From contig JBLDXI010000043.1 in the NCBI GenBank assembly GCA_047495785.1, forward strand, positions 496,001 through 560,000: a stretch of DNA of 64,000 nucleotides, written 5' to 3'. The notes below the pieces were generated by a model. That model was given only the letters and a program-made list of their open reading frames with translations. It made no database searches and was not told where the DNA came from. Shown in pieces: positions 26,007 to 38,935 of the stretch (the stretch's first letter is position 1; every line of letters starts with the position of its first letter). The stretch is from Lepidodermella squamata (taxonomy: Eukaryota; Animalia; Gastrotricha). Made by a program: the position numbers and the translations under genes.

Positions 26007-29000
26007 TCAACAAAACTTCACACATCTAGCTCCTCGTGATCGCAGCAAATCAGCAACGGCAGTTTTCCCTCCTAGAATTGCGAAATCGAGTGCTGCATCT
26101 CCGCTTTTATCAGTGTTTTGCGTATTTGCACATCTGTCGAGCAGCAGCCGCGCAACTTCGACATGCCCTTTCCAGGCCGCGTACATCAATGCCGTCCAGC
26201 CACTGTCTAACTTGGCCTCGATGTCAGCGTTGCGGTCCAACAGCTGCCGCACAAGTTCGACGTTGCCATTACCCGCTGCATATATCATAGCCTTGTTGTC
26301 CTCTGTGGCATTTACAGCTCTCTGTGCAAAAGATCAAAACTCATCAGTTTGATTTTTAATTGTTCTAATAATTTAATGGTCATTAGGTGTTAATTCTAAA
26401 GTCATTCATTGTTCATTAATGGAGATTCATTTTGCCGATCAAATACGATACGACAAACTCGACTGGCAATTACCGATTCGGAACTTTAATCACGCGGGCC
26501 ACAAACGCGTGTCAAATCACCAAATCAATTGTCAACATTCAAATCGCCACGCTGTTAGCTTTTTTTGCAAAAAAATCACCATTCCACGATTTGCTGATTT
26601 GATCACACGTTCACGAAGAAAAAAACGAAATATGCCAAGAATCATTTTTTGAATAGTTCTACGAATTTTAGGCGAATGAATTCTGAATTGAAAACTCTGT
26701 CTTATAGAGAATTTTGCGCTGGATTTACTGGTGAAATTATTGTGGCCAATTTTGACTCACAAAAAATATTGAAAAGCTATTTTAGGCCACTAAAAAATTA
26801 CAAAAGTTGGTTACGCGACAGCATATTTTGTTCCGATCACCGTAAATTTGGTTCCGCTAAAAGGAGGACCCATTACTTAATTTTGCTTCAAATCCTAACG
26901 TGTAACATATAATTATATAGATTTTTTGATTTTGATTCTAAAAGCAACATCGATTTTTTGTGCTATTTATTTCAACTTATTAAACCTAACTAGCTCTATC
27001 TAATACATAGGCTAGAACAGGAAACTGTTTCACTTGAGGGTAGCTACTATTTTTTCATCGAACTAAACATAGCGTTAATACGTGGCACGCGCCACTGCCA
27101 CCCTACTCCTATCAACTAATTTGGGGTCGCTTCCGCCTTGTAAACCGAAATGGACGGCGAAAATGGCGAACAGATAGTCGAATTTACCATAAGAACAACC
27201 CAAGCTGAGATCGACAGAATCCGCAACGACCACAACTATCGCGACATCATTATCGCTGTCAACTCGGTCTACGGCGACAAGCTCACCGAAATGACGAAAA
27301 AGGTCGAGCAACTGACCGCCGAGTGCCAATCACTCCGGTCACTCTCAAACAAGTTAGGTGGTGCCCAGAACGTTGGTTTCAGTCGGCTCGAAGCGATAAC
27401 AATCGGCAACGCGAGGCAGCAGGAGGAGGAGTACGCGGCGACTGTTCTCATCCGCGACTTACCCGACGAGGAGAGAGAAAGTCTCGACGATCTCCACGCT
27501 AAGCTGTGCGAGGCAGTTCCGGAATTGAAGGAAACGAATCCGTACGTGAAGCGGATGGGGAGATTCCCGGCGAAATGCGGTCCGAACAAAGAACCCAGGC
27601 AACGCGACGTCATGGTCAAGCTGCCACCGGGCTTCACCAACATCAAGCTGGTTCGGAAGCTTGTCGCGGAATCCACCCGACCAGGCGGAAACCAGCCGCC
27701 CAGGTCAGTAAAGTTCCTTCGATTTAGGACGCCACACCAGCGACACGTCGCCGCCCTCATGCGTGAGTATATTGACGCTGTCTACGAGGAAGGCATGCTG
27801 ACAAACTACGCCAGAGGAGGCGAGATCGCCATCACCAACAACGGCCACAGCTTCACCTATAACTACCGCTTCGATTGCGTCGATGAAGACGCTGAGCCGC
27901 GAAACTTCGTCAAGCGCCACCCGATCAACAACCCCAACATCAACCGCAAGAGCCGACCATAAAGACCGGCCAGCCGCGGGCAAGTCGTAGTACTTGATAA
28001 TAACAATTTTCTAATTTTGAGATATAGATTAACCTACTTGAATATACAAGGATTATTTCTCTCCAAAAAAGGGTTATCTTTCGTGAAAAAAACTGAAATT
28101 GATAGACTAATTTTTAGCAATATCGGCACCATTGTATGTATCTCCGAATCGTGGCACTCTGCTGATGATATTAGCCATATCCCTGAATATGAAAACTACT
28201 TTTTTATACACGTTAAAGCTACTGTACGAAACGCGAATGCTGGACGAAAACTATCTGGTGGAATGATTTGTTATATCCCGAATTGGATGAAAAACTGTGT
28301 GAAACGTGAAATTATACTGGAAAATTGCATTATATTAGTACTAGATATGGACCATAATTTCTTCTCAATTATTGTATTCGTGTATGCAAACTACAACTGC
28401 CCTAATTCTGAATCGTCTCAAAAAAATCAAAATTCCAGAAAATTTTACCAAAATTATTTGGAAAAAATTGCAAAAACGGTGAAAGATGTGAGAAAATTAT
28501 TCGAAAAAACAAAGCGTTGCGAAATTTTCGTCATGGGCGATTTTAATTCTCGAATCAATACTATAGATAACGATTTCGCTTCTCGAATCATCTCTTCCAG
28601 ACAGCTGGCAGGCTAGAAAAAGCCTAGACCCGACTGTATCTCAAAATTCTGAAGATTTTTTAAATTTTGTAGACAAATTGGATCTGTTTGTTTTAAATGG
28701 CCGGTCAGTCTCTGATCGACTAGGCAATTTTACGCGAAAGCCTAACAAAAATAGTAGATCAGGAGGTTCAGTCATTGATTTTGCCTTAGCAAGCCTGAAT
28801 TCGGCTGAAACGATTATCGATTTCAACGTAAACAATAGCGTCCACCTCTCAGATCACTACGCCATCGAAACAGACATTCGATGCGAGGTCTTTAACGATG
28901 GTTCGTTCGCAAAACCGCCATTGCAACGCCGGCTATGCCTTAACAAGAAATTATTCGCCAATCTCTGTCTAACTGATTCAACAATACAGAAGAAATCAGC

Positions 29001-32000
29001 CCAAGTGGACCAGTGCGACACGACAGAATCGCTCTGCAACGACTTATACTACCTAATCAATCAAGCAACGTATGTGAAAACTTTCGACGCTACCAAGAGA
29101 AAAACTGACAGCAACGACTTCTTCGACGATGAGTGCCGGGTTAAAAGACACGAACTGAGACTCGCTAAAAACCACGAGCGCCACCACCCAAAGTGCAGAA
29201 ATCTCCGTGAAAAACGTCAACAAATCGAGAAAGAGTACCAATCCCTCCTGGAGTCGAAAAAAGATGCAAAAGATAAACTCGCCTGGGAAAAAACCGACGC
29301 CTTTCTTCAAACAGTGAGTGAAACGCCTATTGATTTTTGGGAGTTACGAAATCGGCTAAAAAACTACCAGAAAATTGAGGAAACTGTTGAAATGCCAACC
29401 TGCGAAGATCTAATTGAATTTTTTAACGAAGTCTTTTACAAAGAGCCCAGCGAGAAACTAGAAAGTAGGCAAAAAATAGCGATTGAGTACCGCGACGAAA
29501 TTCTAGACGCTCCATTTACCGAAACTGAGATTAAAGATTGCATTAATTCAGCAAATTCAAATTCTTCACCCGGTATAGACTTGGTCGACTACAGGTGTCT
29601 GAAAATGAAAGAATGTGAAACATGGCTATATCCGTTTCTCGCTAAACTTTACTCGACAATATACAACACAGGCGTTTATCCAAAAGCATGGAAGCGCGCA
29701 ATTTTAGTCCCGATCCATAAAAAGAATGACAAGCTCGACCCGAAAAATTACCGCCCAATATCACTGCTTTCTGTTTTCTGTAAATTATTTTCCTCATTAC
29801 TCGACAAAAGATTGAGAAAATGGCTTCAAGCTAATGATGGACGTAAACTAGACGCATCACAATTTGGCTTTCAAGAAGGGTTATCAGGAACAGACGGAAC
29901 CACAGTTTTATATACGGTGTTAGCTAAACATATCGACAAAAGGCCGTACGCTGCATTCATAGATTTTTCGAGTGCTTTCGACACGTTAAATCGGGTTTTA
30001 TTGGCGAAAAAGCTTGATAAGAGAGGCACATCCCCGCTCTTTAAACGAATCATAAACGAGATGTATAGTGATAATTTCGCTTATACTACGCTACAAAAAT
30101 AAGCTCATTAATAACAACATAATACACAATAATATTGGTGTGAGACAGGGCGACCCGCTGTCCCCTCTACTTTTTTGCCTTTTTATTGACGATCTACTAC
30201 CAGAGCTCCTGGCCACCGCGCCAGGCCTCTCGCTATACACACTAACAGTAATTTGCCTACTATACGCAGACGACCTTGTTCTCCTCGCGAAATCACCAGA
30301 AGAGCTACAAAGACTATTAGATGTTATAGAAAAATTTGCACGAGAAAACGAGTTAAAAATCAACGTCGAGAAAACCAAGGTCATGCAATTCCATCGTGGT
30401 AGCACGCATAAACCAACTGATTTTGAGTTCAAAATCAACGGTCAGATAATCGAGCAAGTTTCTGAGTTCAAATATCTAGGCATTATACTAACTCATAATC
30501 TCAATTTTAGACGTTGCTCTGAAACAGCTACAGCAAAAGTTAAACGAATAATAGCCCAGCTACCAGACATGCTTAGGCCGTACAAAAACTATTTTCCCTC
30601 AAACACGTATCGAACGCTGTATAATTCATACTCAATTAGCCATATGACATTCGGAGCGGGCATCTGGGGCTTCAAACTTAGAAAATCAATGCCGCTGTTA
30701 AACATATTATTCGCGAAAACAGTTCTAAATCTACCTACTAGCACCAGGAATGAACTCGTGGCGCGAGAATTCTATATAGAGCCGCCATCTATAACATTGA
30801 TGATAACAGCCCTAAAACATTACTTTTCGCTGAAATTCCGTACGAAAAACTCGCTATTGCAAGAGAGTTACAAAGTTCTTGAAGTGAATGACAGCCTGTG
30901 CCGTCACATTTACAAAAACCTAAAGACTGAAGTCACAAAAGACAATTTTGAACATATTTTCGACGCATCTGAGCGTGAAATATCTGAACTGATTGAAGAA
31001 TATAAAAAATTTCTCATTTTACGAGATAAAAATAAAATGTTAGATAACCTGAAAACCGCTTACAGCGACAACAATTTATTTAGCAACAACTATTTTTCCA
31101 AATGGACAGAATATTTTGAAATTTTCGACATTCACGATTCACAAGCTCTGGCTAAAATTAGAACGAATTCACTGTTTAAACCTTTCCAGTACGTAATTGG
31201 CGTAACTAAATGTATATACTGTGACATGCAATTACATAAACCCTACGATCTACTTCTTCATCTTATCTTCAACTGCAATGAGACCTTGGCGTCTACACAG
31301 AATTTTAGAAATCCTATTGTTAACCACGCGAACCTACTTCAAATTGCGCTGATCGAGTGTTCAAGTCCGGTTGAAATTAACCTATCTGCTCTTCTTAAAC
31401 TAGCAAATAAATGGCGAAACGACTACAAAAAATATGCATACCCAACAAAACTGCTTAACACTTAACCAATCAACTTGATACTACGCTATCACTGTAAACT
31501 ACGCTACTACTGCTTAATACATGATCTATAAATGCTACAACCCCTATCTATCCGACCTATTTTACTGCGTAATTCTGTAAAAATATTATGAAAATATAGA
31601 ATCACCTAGTCTCTCTCCGTTCTCCATATTGTTATCCACACCCTAAATGCACTTCTAAATGCTCGGTGCCCTCGGGCTGGCATACACCTGCACTACGAAC
31701 GGTTTATTTGAATAAAACATGATAATTGATAATTATATAGACTTATACAGAATAAAGCGCTGAATCAAACGGCGCTGTCTGTTGCAAGACCAGACGCAGC
31801 ATCCTATTTCGTTTTAGCAGGATCGAAGCGCGCGTGGTCACATAACATGAAAATGTTAGCTAGCTTTTGGGGTGGGGCTTCTTCGTCACTCCGTCATTTC
31901 CAAAAGACTAACAAATCCAAAAGAAATCGTGGAAAAAGTTGGAGTCGACCTCAGGATCGTTCGGTTGAGACCCATAGGGTAATACCACCACGCAATCGTG

Positions 32001-32977
32001 CTCAGAGGCAGGAATTATACGGATTCGGCTACTATGAAAATTTTATTGATAAGAAACATAACTTAGTTCACACCATCTCCTATAGAACGATCCCTATCTT
32101 ACAGCGGTATCCCGTTATATACGGGTCTCAAATCCAAAGAAAATGGGTTTGATTCCAACTTTTTCCTCAATATTTTCAGGTTTGTTAGTTTTTTGGAAAT
32201 GACGGAGTGACAGAATGACGAAATGACGAAGCAAACGAAGAAGCCCCACCCCAAAAGCTAGCTAACATTTTCATGTTATGTGATCACGCGCACTCCGATC
32301 CTGCTAAACCGAAGTAGAATGGTATGGTTGTCAATAAAACAAAACAATATTCCATATTTAATTTAGAGAAATTTATAGCAAATTATTTTCTGTTTTTTTA
32401 AGCTCTAACAGAGATGTGATTTTGTAGATCAACGTTAATTTGAGTTGAATCGGAATCCACTCTCAACAGTGCGCAGTTCGCGATACAATATCGTTGATTA
32501 CTGTTGCCGACGTAAGCTACTGCTCTACGGCGGCGTGTTGCTTTTCCGCCTGCTTTTTGCGCGCGCGCTCTTGCATCATCGCGCTTTCATCATTCGCATA
32601 TTTCATATTCGGCGACTCACGCGCTCGTTGCCGGTAGTAGAAAGTTCCGCACGTCTTGCTCCTCGTGATCGCAGCAAATCAGCAACGGCAGATTTCCCAC
32701 CTAGAATTGCGAAATCGAGTGCTGCATCTCCGCTTTTATCAGTGTTTTGCGTATTTGCACATCTGTCGAGCAGCAGCCGCGCAACTTCGACATGCCCTTC
32801 CCAGGCCGCGTACATCAATGCCGTCCAGCCATTGTCTAACTTGGCCTCGATGTCAGCATTGCGGTCCAACAGCTGCCGCACAAGTTCGACGTTGCCATTA
32901 CCCGCTGCATATATCATAGCCTTGTTGTCCTCTGTGGCATTTACATCGGCGCCGCGATCTAAAAGCGGCCTAGCTCT
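26007..32977 (-). CDS. Two duplicated ankyrin-repeat exons (32977-32621 and terminal 26321-26007); probable 3' half of the Sushi gene upstream
   Basis: Both start at phase-0 acceptors (cccag|AGAGCT, cacag|AGAGCT). The first ends at a phase-0 donor CGC|gtgagt (32621); the second ends ...RGARCVKFC-stop. The two are nearly identical apart from a 27-nt indel and their 3' ends. Confidence 0.7.
27150..27962 (+). CDS. LINE ORF1 protein (coiled coil plus RRM-like region)
   Basis: Intact 270-aa ATG ORF directly upstream of ORF2; coiled coil (KLTEMTKKVEQLTAECQSL) followed by a VLIRDLP...KRMGR...R.VMVKL pattern typical of LINE ORF1. Confidence 0.8.
   Translation: MDGENGEQIVEFTIRTTQAEIDRIRNDHNYRDIIIAVNSVYGDKLTEMTKKVEQLTAECQSLRSLSNKLGGAQNVGFSRLEAITIGNARQQEEEYAATVLIRDLPDEERESLDDLHAKLCEAVPELKETNPYVKRMGRFPAKCGPNKEPRQRDVMVKLPPGFTNIKLVRKLVAESTRPGGNQPPRSVKFLRFRTPHQRHVAALMREYIDAVYEEGMLTNYARGGEIAITNNGHSFTYNYRFDCVDEDAEPRNFVKRHPINNPNINRKSRP
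28017..31465 (+). pseudogene. LINE ORF2 (AP endonuclease, reverse transcriptase, C-terminal Cys/His knuckle) with two frameshifts
   Basis: APE motifs YLNIQG, ISESW, GDFNS, IDF, SDH; RT motifs NYRPISLLS, QFGF, DFSSAFD, GVRQGDPLSP, YADD, YLG; C-terminal CIYC...H...C. Frame changes near 28570-28610 and near 30085. Confidence 0.92.
31800..32321. mobile_element. MITE with long (over 100 bp) imperfect TIRs
   Basis: CATCCTATTTCGTTTTAGCAGGATCG...CCCCAAAAGCTAGCTAACATTTTCATGTTATG is inverted at the other end; TSD not resolved. Confidence 0.75.
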
Positions 32978-33000
32978 CTGGGAAAAAGAATAAAACTATC

Positions 33001-33340
33001 CATTAGGTTTCGAGTAATAAGATAATCTTTGACCCGCGCACTGATTGGTCAATATAATGTTACTATGAATCCGGGATGAAGCAATTTCGTCGTGCGATCC
33101 ACTGATAACTTATTTTCTATATTTATGCAAAAAATGACCTTGCTACACCCTCTGCACGGTTTCCATTGACCACGAGCGTAACCCCCATAATAATTGTGGT
33201 AAATTACTGCGGCAAAAAATACTTGTTGCAATAATTTTTTGGATCGCACGACCGACATGTTTCATCCGGGAGTCATATCAACGATCGATTGACCAATCAG
33301 CGCGCGCCCAGAGGTTCAACTATTTAGCTCAAACACAATG
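33001..33340. mobile_element. MITE, CAT...ATG family, TC TSD (related to 43648-43948)
   Basis: Ends CATTAGGTTTCGAG and CTCAAACACAATG, inner CTGATTGGTC/GACCAATCAG, TC on both flanks. The paralogous intron near 26336-26352 shows the empty site. Confidence 0.75.
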
Positions 33341-33389
33341 TCAGTTTGATTCTCCATTGTTCAAATAATTAGGGGTCTTTAAGTATTAA

Positions 33390-33878
33390 CACCTTAACTG
33401 CCAAAAATGGACTGTGAGATCCGATATTTGGATCCAAAGCCTGGGTCTGTCAAAACCTGATATATTTCGTGTCAACAATGCATCGTAGGGCGAATTGTGG
33501 GCCGTCGCCTGTTCTGTTCTGTTGACATCAAATTCGGGGCCACAAGGTCTGAGGAGGTCTTTGAAAACGACTGTGACATAATGTCGAAATTTTAGAATAG
33601 AGCTAATAAGCAGACCCAAGAAGTTGACCTAATTATTTGACCAAGATTAAGACCCAACAATCGAAATTTCACTGATTTTACAAGTTGTTTTCTGTGCGTT
33701 CCTTGAAGTCGTTGGCCCCAAATTTGGTGTCAAAAGAACCGCCGGGTCATAACTTACATTTCGCTGTCAGGCATTTTACACTACGACGCATCGTTGACCC
33801 GAAATAAAAGAGATTTTGACAGACCCAGGGTTTGGATCTAAATATCGATCTCGCTGTCTATTTTTGGCAGTTAAAGTG
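33390..33878. mobile_element. TTAA-targeting MITE (piggyBac-like)
   Basis: About 65-bp TIR CAC(C/T)TTAACTGCCAAAAAT...; TTAA on both flanks. Confidence 0.85.
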
Positions 33879-34087
33879 TTAAGCTCTAATAGAGATGCGA
33901 TTTGTTGATCGAGTAAATATGAATTGAATCGGACTTAATACTCAATAGTGCGCGAATTAATCGTGGGCCTGAGAAAAGGAAACCTTAAAAATATGCGGCT
34001 GACCAAATTTTTGGGGCCCCTATAGTCAACCCGTAGCTCGAGTATCCTTTGCACATTGGGACCCAATGTTCAATAGTCATAACTAAC

Positions 34088-35188
34088 CTTTAGCGCACAA
34101 TGGCTAAGTTCAGGATACCAAGTAGATTTCCGACCACAGACTGATTCTAGGGAGCCAATAGCTACGATGAATCCGTAGTCGCACTGAGTCGTAACGTAGG
34201 AGCCAGGCTTCAGTGAATCATTTGCTCGCAAACCATTTCCATCGTCATCCGCATAGAATCCGTTGACCAAGGGAGGAATTTCGCAGTAATCTGGCAGAAG
34301 ACAATAATTATATATAAATAAAGTCAAAATGCAATTTCTCAAACTTTTCTTATCAATTTCGACGCATCGCCCGGGTTCAGACCAAACATCAGTTTTGACG
34401 CAAGTGATCGTGCTAGGCCCCAGAAGTTCAAACGGCGGAATGCAAAGGAATGATACATCGGTGCCAACTAATACCGGATATTCTACATCTCCGGATAGCT
34501 TTGCATGAGATGGAATGGGGATCGCCTCTTGACAGCCTGCGAAAGGCGATAAAATGTGTTTTATTATAAAATGCAAGATAGAAAACGAACTATCGGGTAA
34601 ACAATTGCCAATCTGAAGCCAAGTGCCATTTCCGAGGCATGTAATTATGGGGATTCCATCAGCGCTGTAACCTGGCAGGCAACCGAAGAAAATCGAAAAG
34701 CCAGCGACAGGCACTGCGTTCTCCCAGCCTGATTCATCCATAGTTCCACTCGGCGGTACTGGAATGGGCCTATCGCATACTGTGAAATCGGCATTAAATT
34801 AAAAACTCAAGCTACGGCAAACAAAACTACCTCTTGCGCAGTAGCTATTTGCAAGCCAGGTTTTCGTTTTGAAATCGAATAGAACCTCGCCCGAACCAAC
34901 GACTTCGTAACCTGGGTTGCACTCAATCGATCCAGAGCAAGAATTCGTGTAGTTTATTCTGCCGTTCATAACGAGGCTGGGCTGACTTTTACAGGCTGAA
35001 ATGAAAAAAATTCAAAAGATTACGCGTTGATTCTGAATCGAAGCTAGCTCTCGCTTCGCGAATTCGAAAGAGGATGAAGTTGACAAACCATTTTTGTCAA
35101 TGAGGTCGATTGGATTGTCCAGCCCACTAGCCAATGTCGATGTACAAGCAAGTAGAACGCCTAAAAGCGGTGCTATAACATTCCGCAT
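34088..35188 (-). CDS. Signal peptide plus four Sushi/CCP domains (5 exons); 3' end probably continues into the ankyrin exons
   Basis: Exons 35188-35089 (MRNVIAPLLGVLLACTSTLASG), 34995-34831, 34779-~34591, 34536-~34345, 34290-34088. Each of the last four encodes one CCP-like C...C.PG(Y/F)...C...W...C module (the first lacks the third Cys). The last donor AAG|gttagt is phase 0. Confidence 0.8.
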
Positions 35189-35519
35189 AGCTGTTTCAAG
35201 AACAGTGTCAATAAGCAATGTTCAACAAGAAACGAACAACAATAATTAAAAATTCGTTCTAAAGAACATTTAGCAAACAAGTTTAATATTGAATTATTAC
35301 CAATGCCTTAGCATACTTCTGAGCATGTTGTTATTTCAATTTCGATTCTTAATTTCACATTTTAGGGAAAATTAAATTTCCGCAAAGTATGAGACTTTCA
35401 AAATTTTAGGAGTTAGGATGGTACGATGCAATTTCCCCTGAATTTTCTGAATGCAACAACTGATGCATTTTTCCGAATACTCGAGTAGACAAACAGAGGT
35501 TAAATAATGTACGGAAATA

Positions 35520-35820
35520 ATATGTTTTTGCCTCGCAATAATTCATTATCTCCCTAACGATGAGGAATAGGAATTGAAGCGGTTTCACTGTTCGATAGAT
35601 CCAGTGTGTGGTAAACATTGCTAAATCTGTCGCAAGAGTTGGTTCCGAGCATAAAAACTGGCGGTGAAATTGCCGCGTGCGCTTCAAAAACCAGCTTCAA
35701 AAAATTCCTCATGGATAGGGGATAGGGAGATAGTGAAGCCATAGAGATCAGGTTAACCTGAGGTTGATCTGATTAATCTGATCTCTATGAATGAAGTATT
35801 GCGAGGCAACAAAATATTGT
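35520..35820. mobile_element. MITE with a 50-bp CATAGAG...CTCTATG micro-element (35740-35789) nested in its right TIR
   Basis: Outer TIR TTTTGCCTCGCAATAATTCATTATCTCCC versus GGGAGATA...AATGAAGTATTGCGAGGCAA. The inner palindrome is flanked by a degenerate 8-mer (AGTGAAGC/AATGAAGT). Confidence 0.6.
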
Positions 35821-35826
35821 CAGTAA

Positions 35827-36301
35827 TTAACTGCCAAAAATAGACTGCGAGATCCGATATTTGGATCAAAATCCTGGGTCTGTCAACATTTCTTTTATTT
35901 CGGGTCAACCATGCGTCTGAGGGCAAAATTTAGGCCATGACCTGGCGGTTCTTTTGACTCCGAATTTGAGGCCACAAGGTCTGAGCAGGTCTTTGAAAAT
36001 GACAGTGAAAAACTTTGGTTTCGAGCCAAAAATCAGACCCAAGAATCGGAACTAATTATTAGACCCAGATTATGGCGCAACAATCGAAATTTCAGTGGTT
36101 TTCAAGTTTGATTTCTGTGCGTTCCTTGGTGTCTTTGTACCCAAATTTGGTGTCAAATGAACCGGCAGGTCATGGCCTACATTTCGCCGTCAGGCATTTT
36201 GCACTACGACGCATCGTTGACCCGAAAAAAAGAGATTTTGACAGACCCAGGATTTGGATCCAAATATCGGATCTGCAGTCTATTTTTTGGCAGTTAAAGT
36301 G
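35827..36301. mobile_element. Second copy of the TTAA-targeting MITE family
   Basis: Colinear with 33390-33878; right end GGCAGTTAAAGTG followed by TTAA; left end lacks the first few bases. Confidence 0.85.
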
Positions 36302-38935
36302 TTAAATACCAAGAGCAAATACTATAACAGTCATTTCATTAGTCTGTTCAGTTTATAATACTTTTCCATTTCTTCATTGAATTTTGATTTGAAAAGTAGA
36401 GCAGAAAACGCACGCGTTTCTCTAAAGAAGAAAACAAGGGTAGTGGTGTTTAGGTCTTATTTACAATGCAAAATGCAGAAATGAGTCATTTATATGACTA
36501 GGAAAAAATCAAGGTAAATCCAACACCGGATCGCGGGGAGTGCAAATAATCAAGAAATCACTCACGTTCCATTCAAAGTTTCGGTTGAGAAAAGGTAAAC
36601 GAGGTTTCATTCGAATGTGGAGTTGTAAAATGACACAAAAACAGCGAAAAAAGAATAGGCCTTTATTTTCTATAACTTCACTGGTCTTCCAATAAAACAA
36701 CCAGATTTATGACTGCGGTCACACTGAGCAAATTTATTGGAACTGTCCAATAGTGGCGCTCGAAAAAATTTCAGAATAGTGGAGCTGAGAATAGTGGAAA
36801 CGTCACATATATTCTGAAAAGGCGAATGCTTATAATAAGGCATGACATTTGGAATTCAAAGGTCTGTTATTAAATTTGAAATTAAAAACTCGGCAGAGTA
36901 TAGCAATGTCGTACTTCAAATGAAAATCTTAAAATTGAATCGTTATCATGAATTCTCAAAGTGCAGCGATGGCGTCATTTTGTTTCATTCATTACGATTT
37001 TGACTCACTCTTGGTCACATGTGGCCATAAAGCTAGTTTTAAGATAGATGTCCTGACCAAGCCTGTAAACGCCATGGGCGCCAGATGTTGTGACGAATCA
37101 GCATCGAGTGGCTGGAAAAGTGAACAAATCATGCGATTTTTCCATTCCCGAATTTTCATTAATGATGAAAAGATTGGTGGCTGCAGATAGCGCTTCAAAT
37201 GGTGAAAACTGAGATTATGTTTCGAAAATTTCAGAGCAACGTGAAGCAGTGAATCGTGAATTTCGTGATTTCAAATAAATCGACATTAACTAATAATTAA
37301 ATCTAAATTGAAACATATTTCGAATAGGGTGGGTAATTCTGATCAATGTCTACATTTTGATGATTGCAGCGAGCTTGGAAATTTTTTTCCTGATTTTCAA
37401 TAATTTTATGAATTATTCTACCTGGTTTTTACATTACAAAAGTGGAGATTGCCCGTTGGTTTCCGTCCAGAATCTTTGTTGACAGCACGTGCGCCATGAG
37501 CTGGATGAATGGATGGAAACTTTGCTTCATAAATCGGGATATTTCAGCTCCGATTTTCTTTATCAAATATCCCAGTTAAATTCAGTAAAAACGTTAGCAA
37601 ACTATAATAACATCGGACAAACAAAAACAGTTATTAAAAGTTATTTTCGTTCGGGAAAGGTTCAATGTTACTTTATGCGCTGGCTTAGAACTAGGAGGCT
37701 TAGGAAATTCTCACAAATATTATGTATTATTGGAACGCGGTCAACGTGAGTGGCAACTAGTGTGTAATAGCATCGAAAATTATGAATTTTTGGGCAAAAG
37801 CAGGTTGTTCGCGACCGATCTGCCGGCCCCTGAAGCCCCTGAAGCCGTCCCCTAAACCCTCACGGGTAAGGCTCTTTTTTTTACTCTCTAATTAACATCA
37901 CATGCCTACGGAGGACGAAAAATAAAACTGATTCATTTGGTCATTTGGTCATTTGGTCAACGTGAGTTGGTTCTTGAAGATCGTGATCAGGTTCATGAAG
38001 CGAGCTTAAGGTTTCTGTTAAGGTTGGGCCTGTGACAGTTCGCAATTTTAAAAATCGCATACCAACGTGAGAAACTTTTTGTTGCTTTTGTCTAATTGTG
38101 TTCAGAGGTGTAGAATCTGCAAATCCGGGTAGATTTACTGCCGAGAAATTTCTAGGAACGAAAAAACCTTAAGCACTGTTCTTGCACGCTCCTTGATGTT
38201 CCATCAATCTCGTTTAGAAAGATCTGCCTGACATACCGATATAAAAACTGGGGCACTTGGGTATCGGGCATTTTAGTTTATATACGACGAACCTTGCTTT
38301 GTGATCAACCCATAAATGCGCGAACAGCAAGTCAGATTAGTGGCGCATTCATCTTCCCAGAACTTCGACTTCACAAGTAACCTTGAATTAGCGGCCGTTG
38401 TCCATATGATCCGAACCGGTTTACATTCTTCAGCGAATTCCCTTGCAATCTGGGTCGCTTTGCGTTAAAATCTCTTGCCGAAACATTGTAGCTTCCAAAA
38501 ACAGCTATCCCGGTTCATTCGCAACTATCTCATTTCCCTTCTTGGTGACCGTGTAAGGATCCACGGCTATTTTTGCCAACTTTTCAAGCAAACTTGTCTG
38601 AATACGCAGAACACGCAGAACACCCGAATACCAATACAGACCATATTATTTGATTCTGGGTATTCGGACAAGTTAGCTGGAAAAGTTGCGAATGAATTCA
38701 GAATTCACCTGCATGAAATCTTGAGGAAAACCCTTTTGATGAGCATCACGAAGAGGCTGCGATTGAATTCAGCTGGAATTATTTATTTATCGATTTTTAG
38801 GACTTTTAATAGTTTTACGCCATTTGTTTCTATGTATTTGAGTCAAGTCGCTCTGTCGCCCACCCCGCGACATGATGAGCTGCTTTTCACCTTGGTTAAC
38901 TTTGATTTGAGGCTTAAGATACTGCATGCTCTGTT

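Larger units (their letters stand above)
26922..31728 (+). mobile_element. Full-length non-LTR retrotransposon (APE-RT LINE; RTEX- or L2/CR1-group-like), ORF2 frameshifted
   Basis: 13-bp TSD ATAATTATATAGA at 26909-26921 and 31729-31741; ORF1, ORF2, then a 3' UTR with AATAAA and a short GATAATT repeat tail. Confidence 0.93.
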
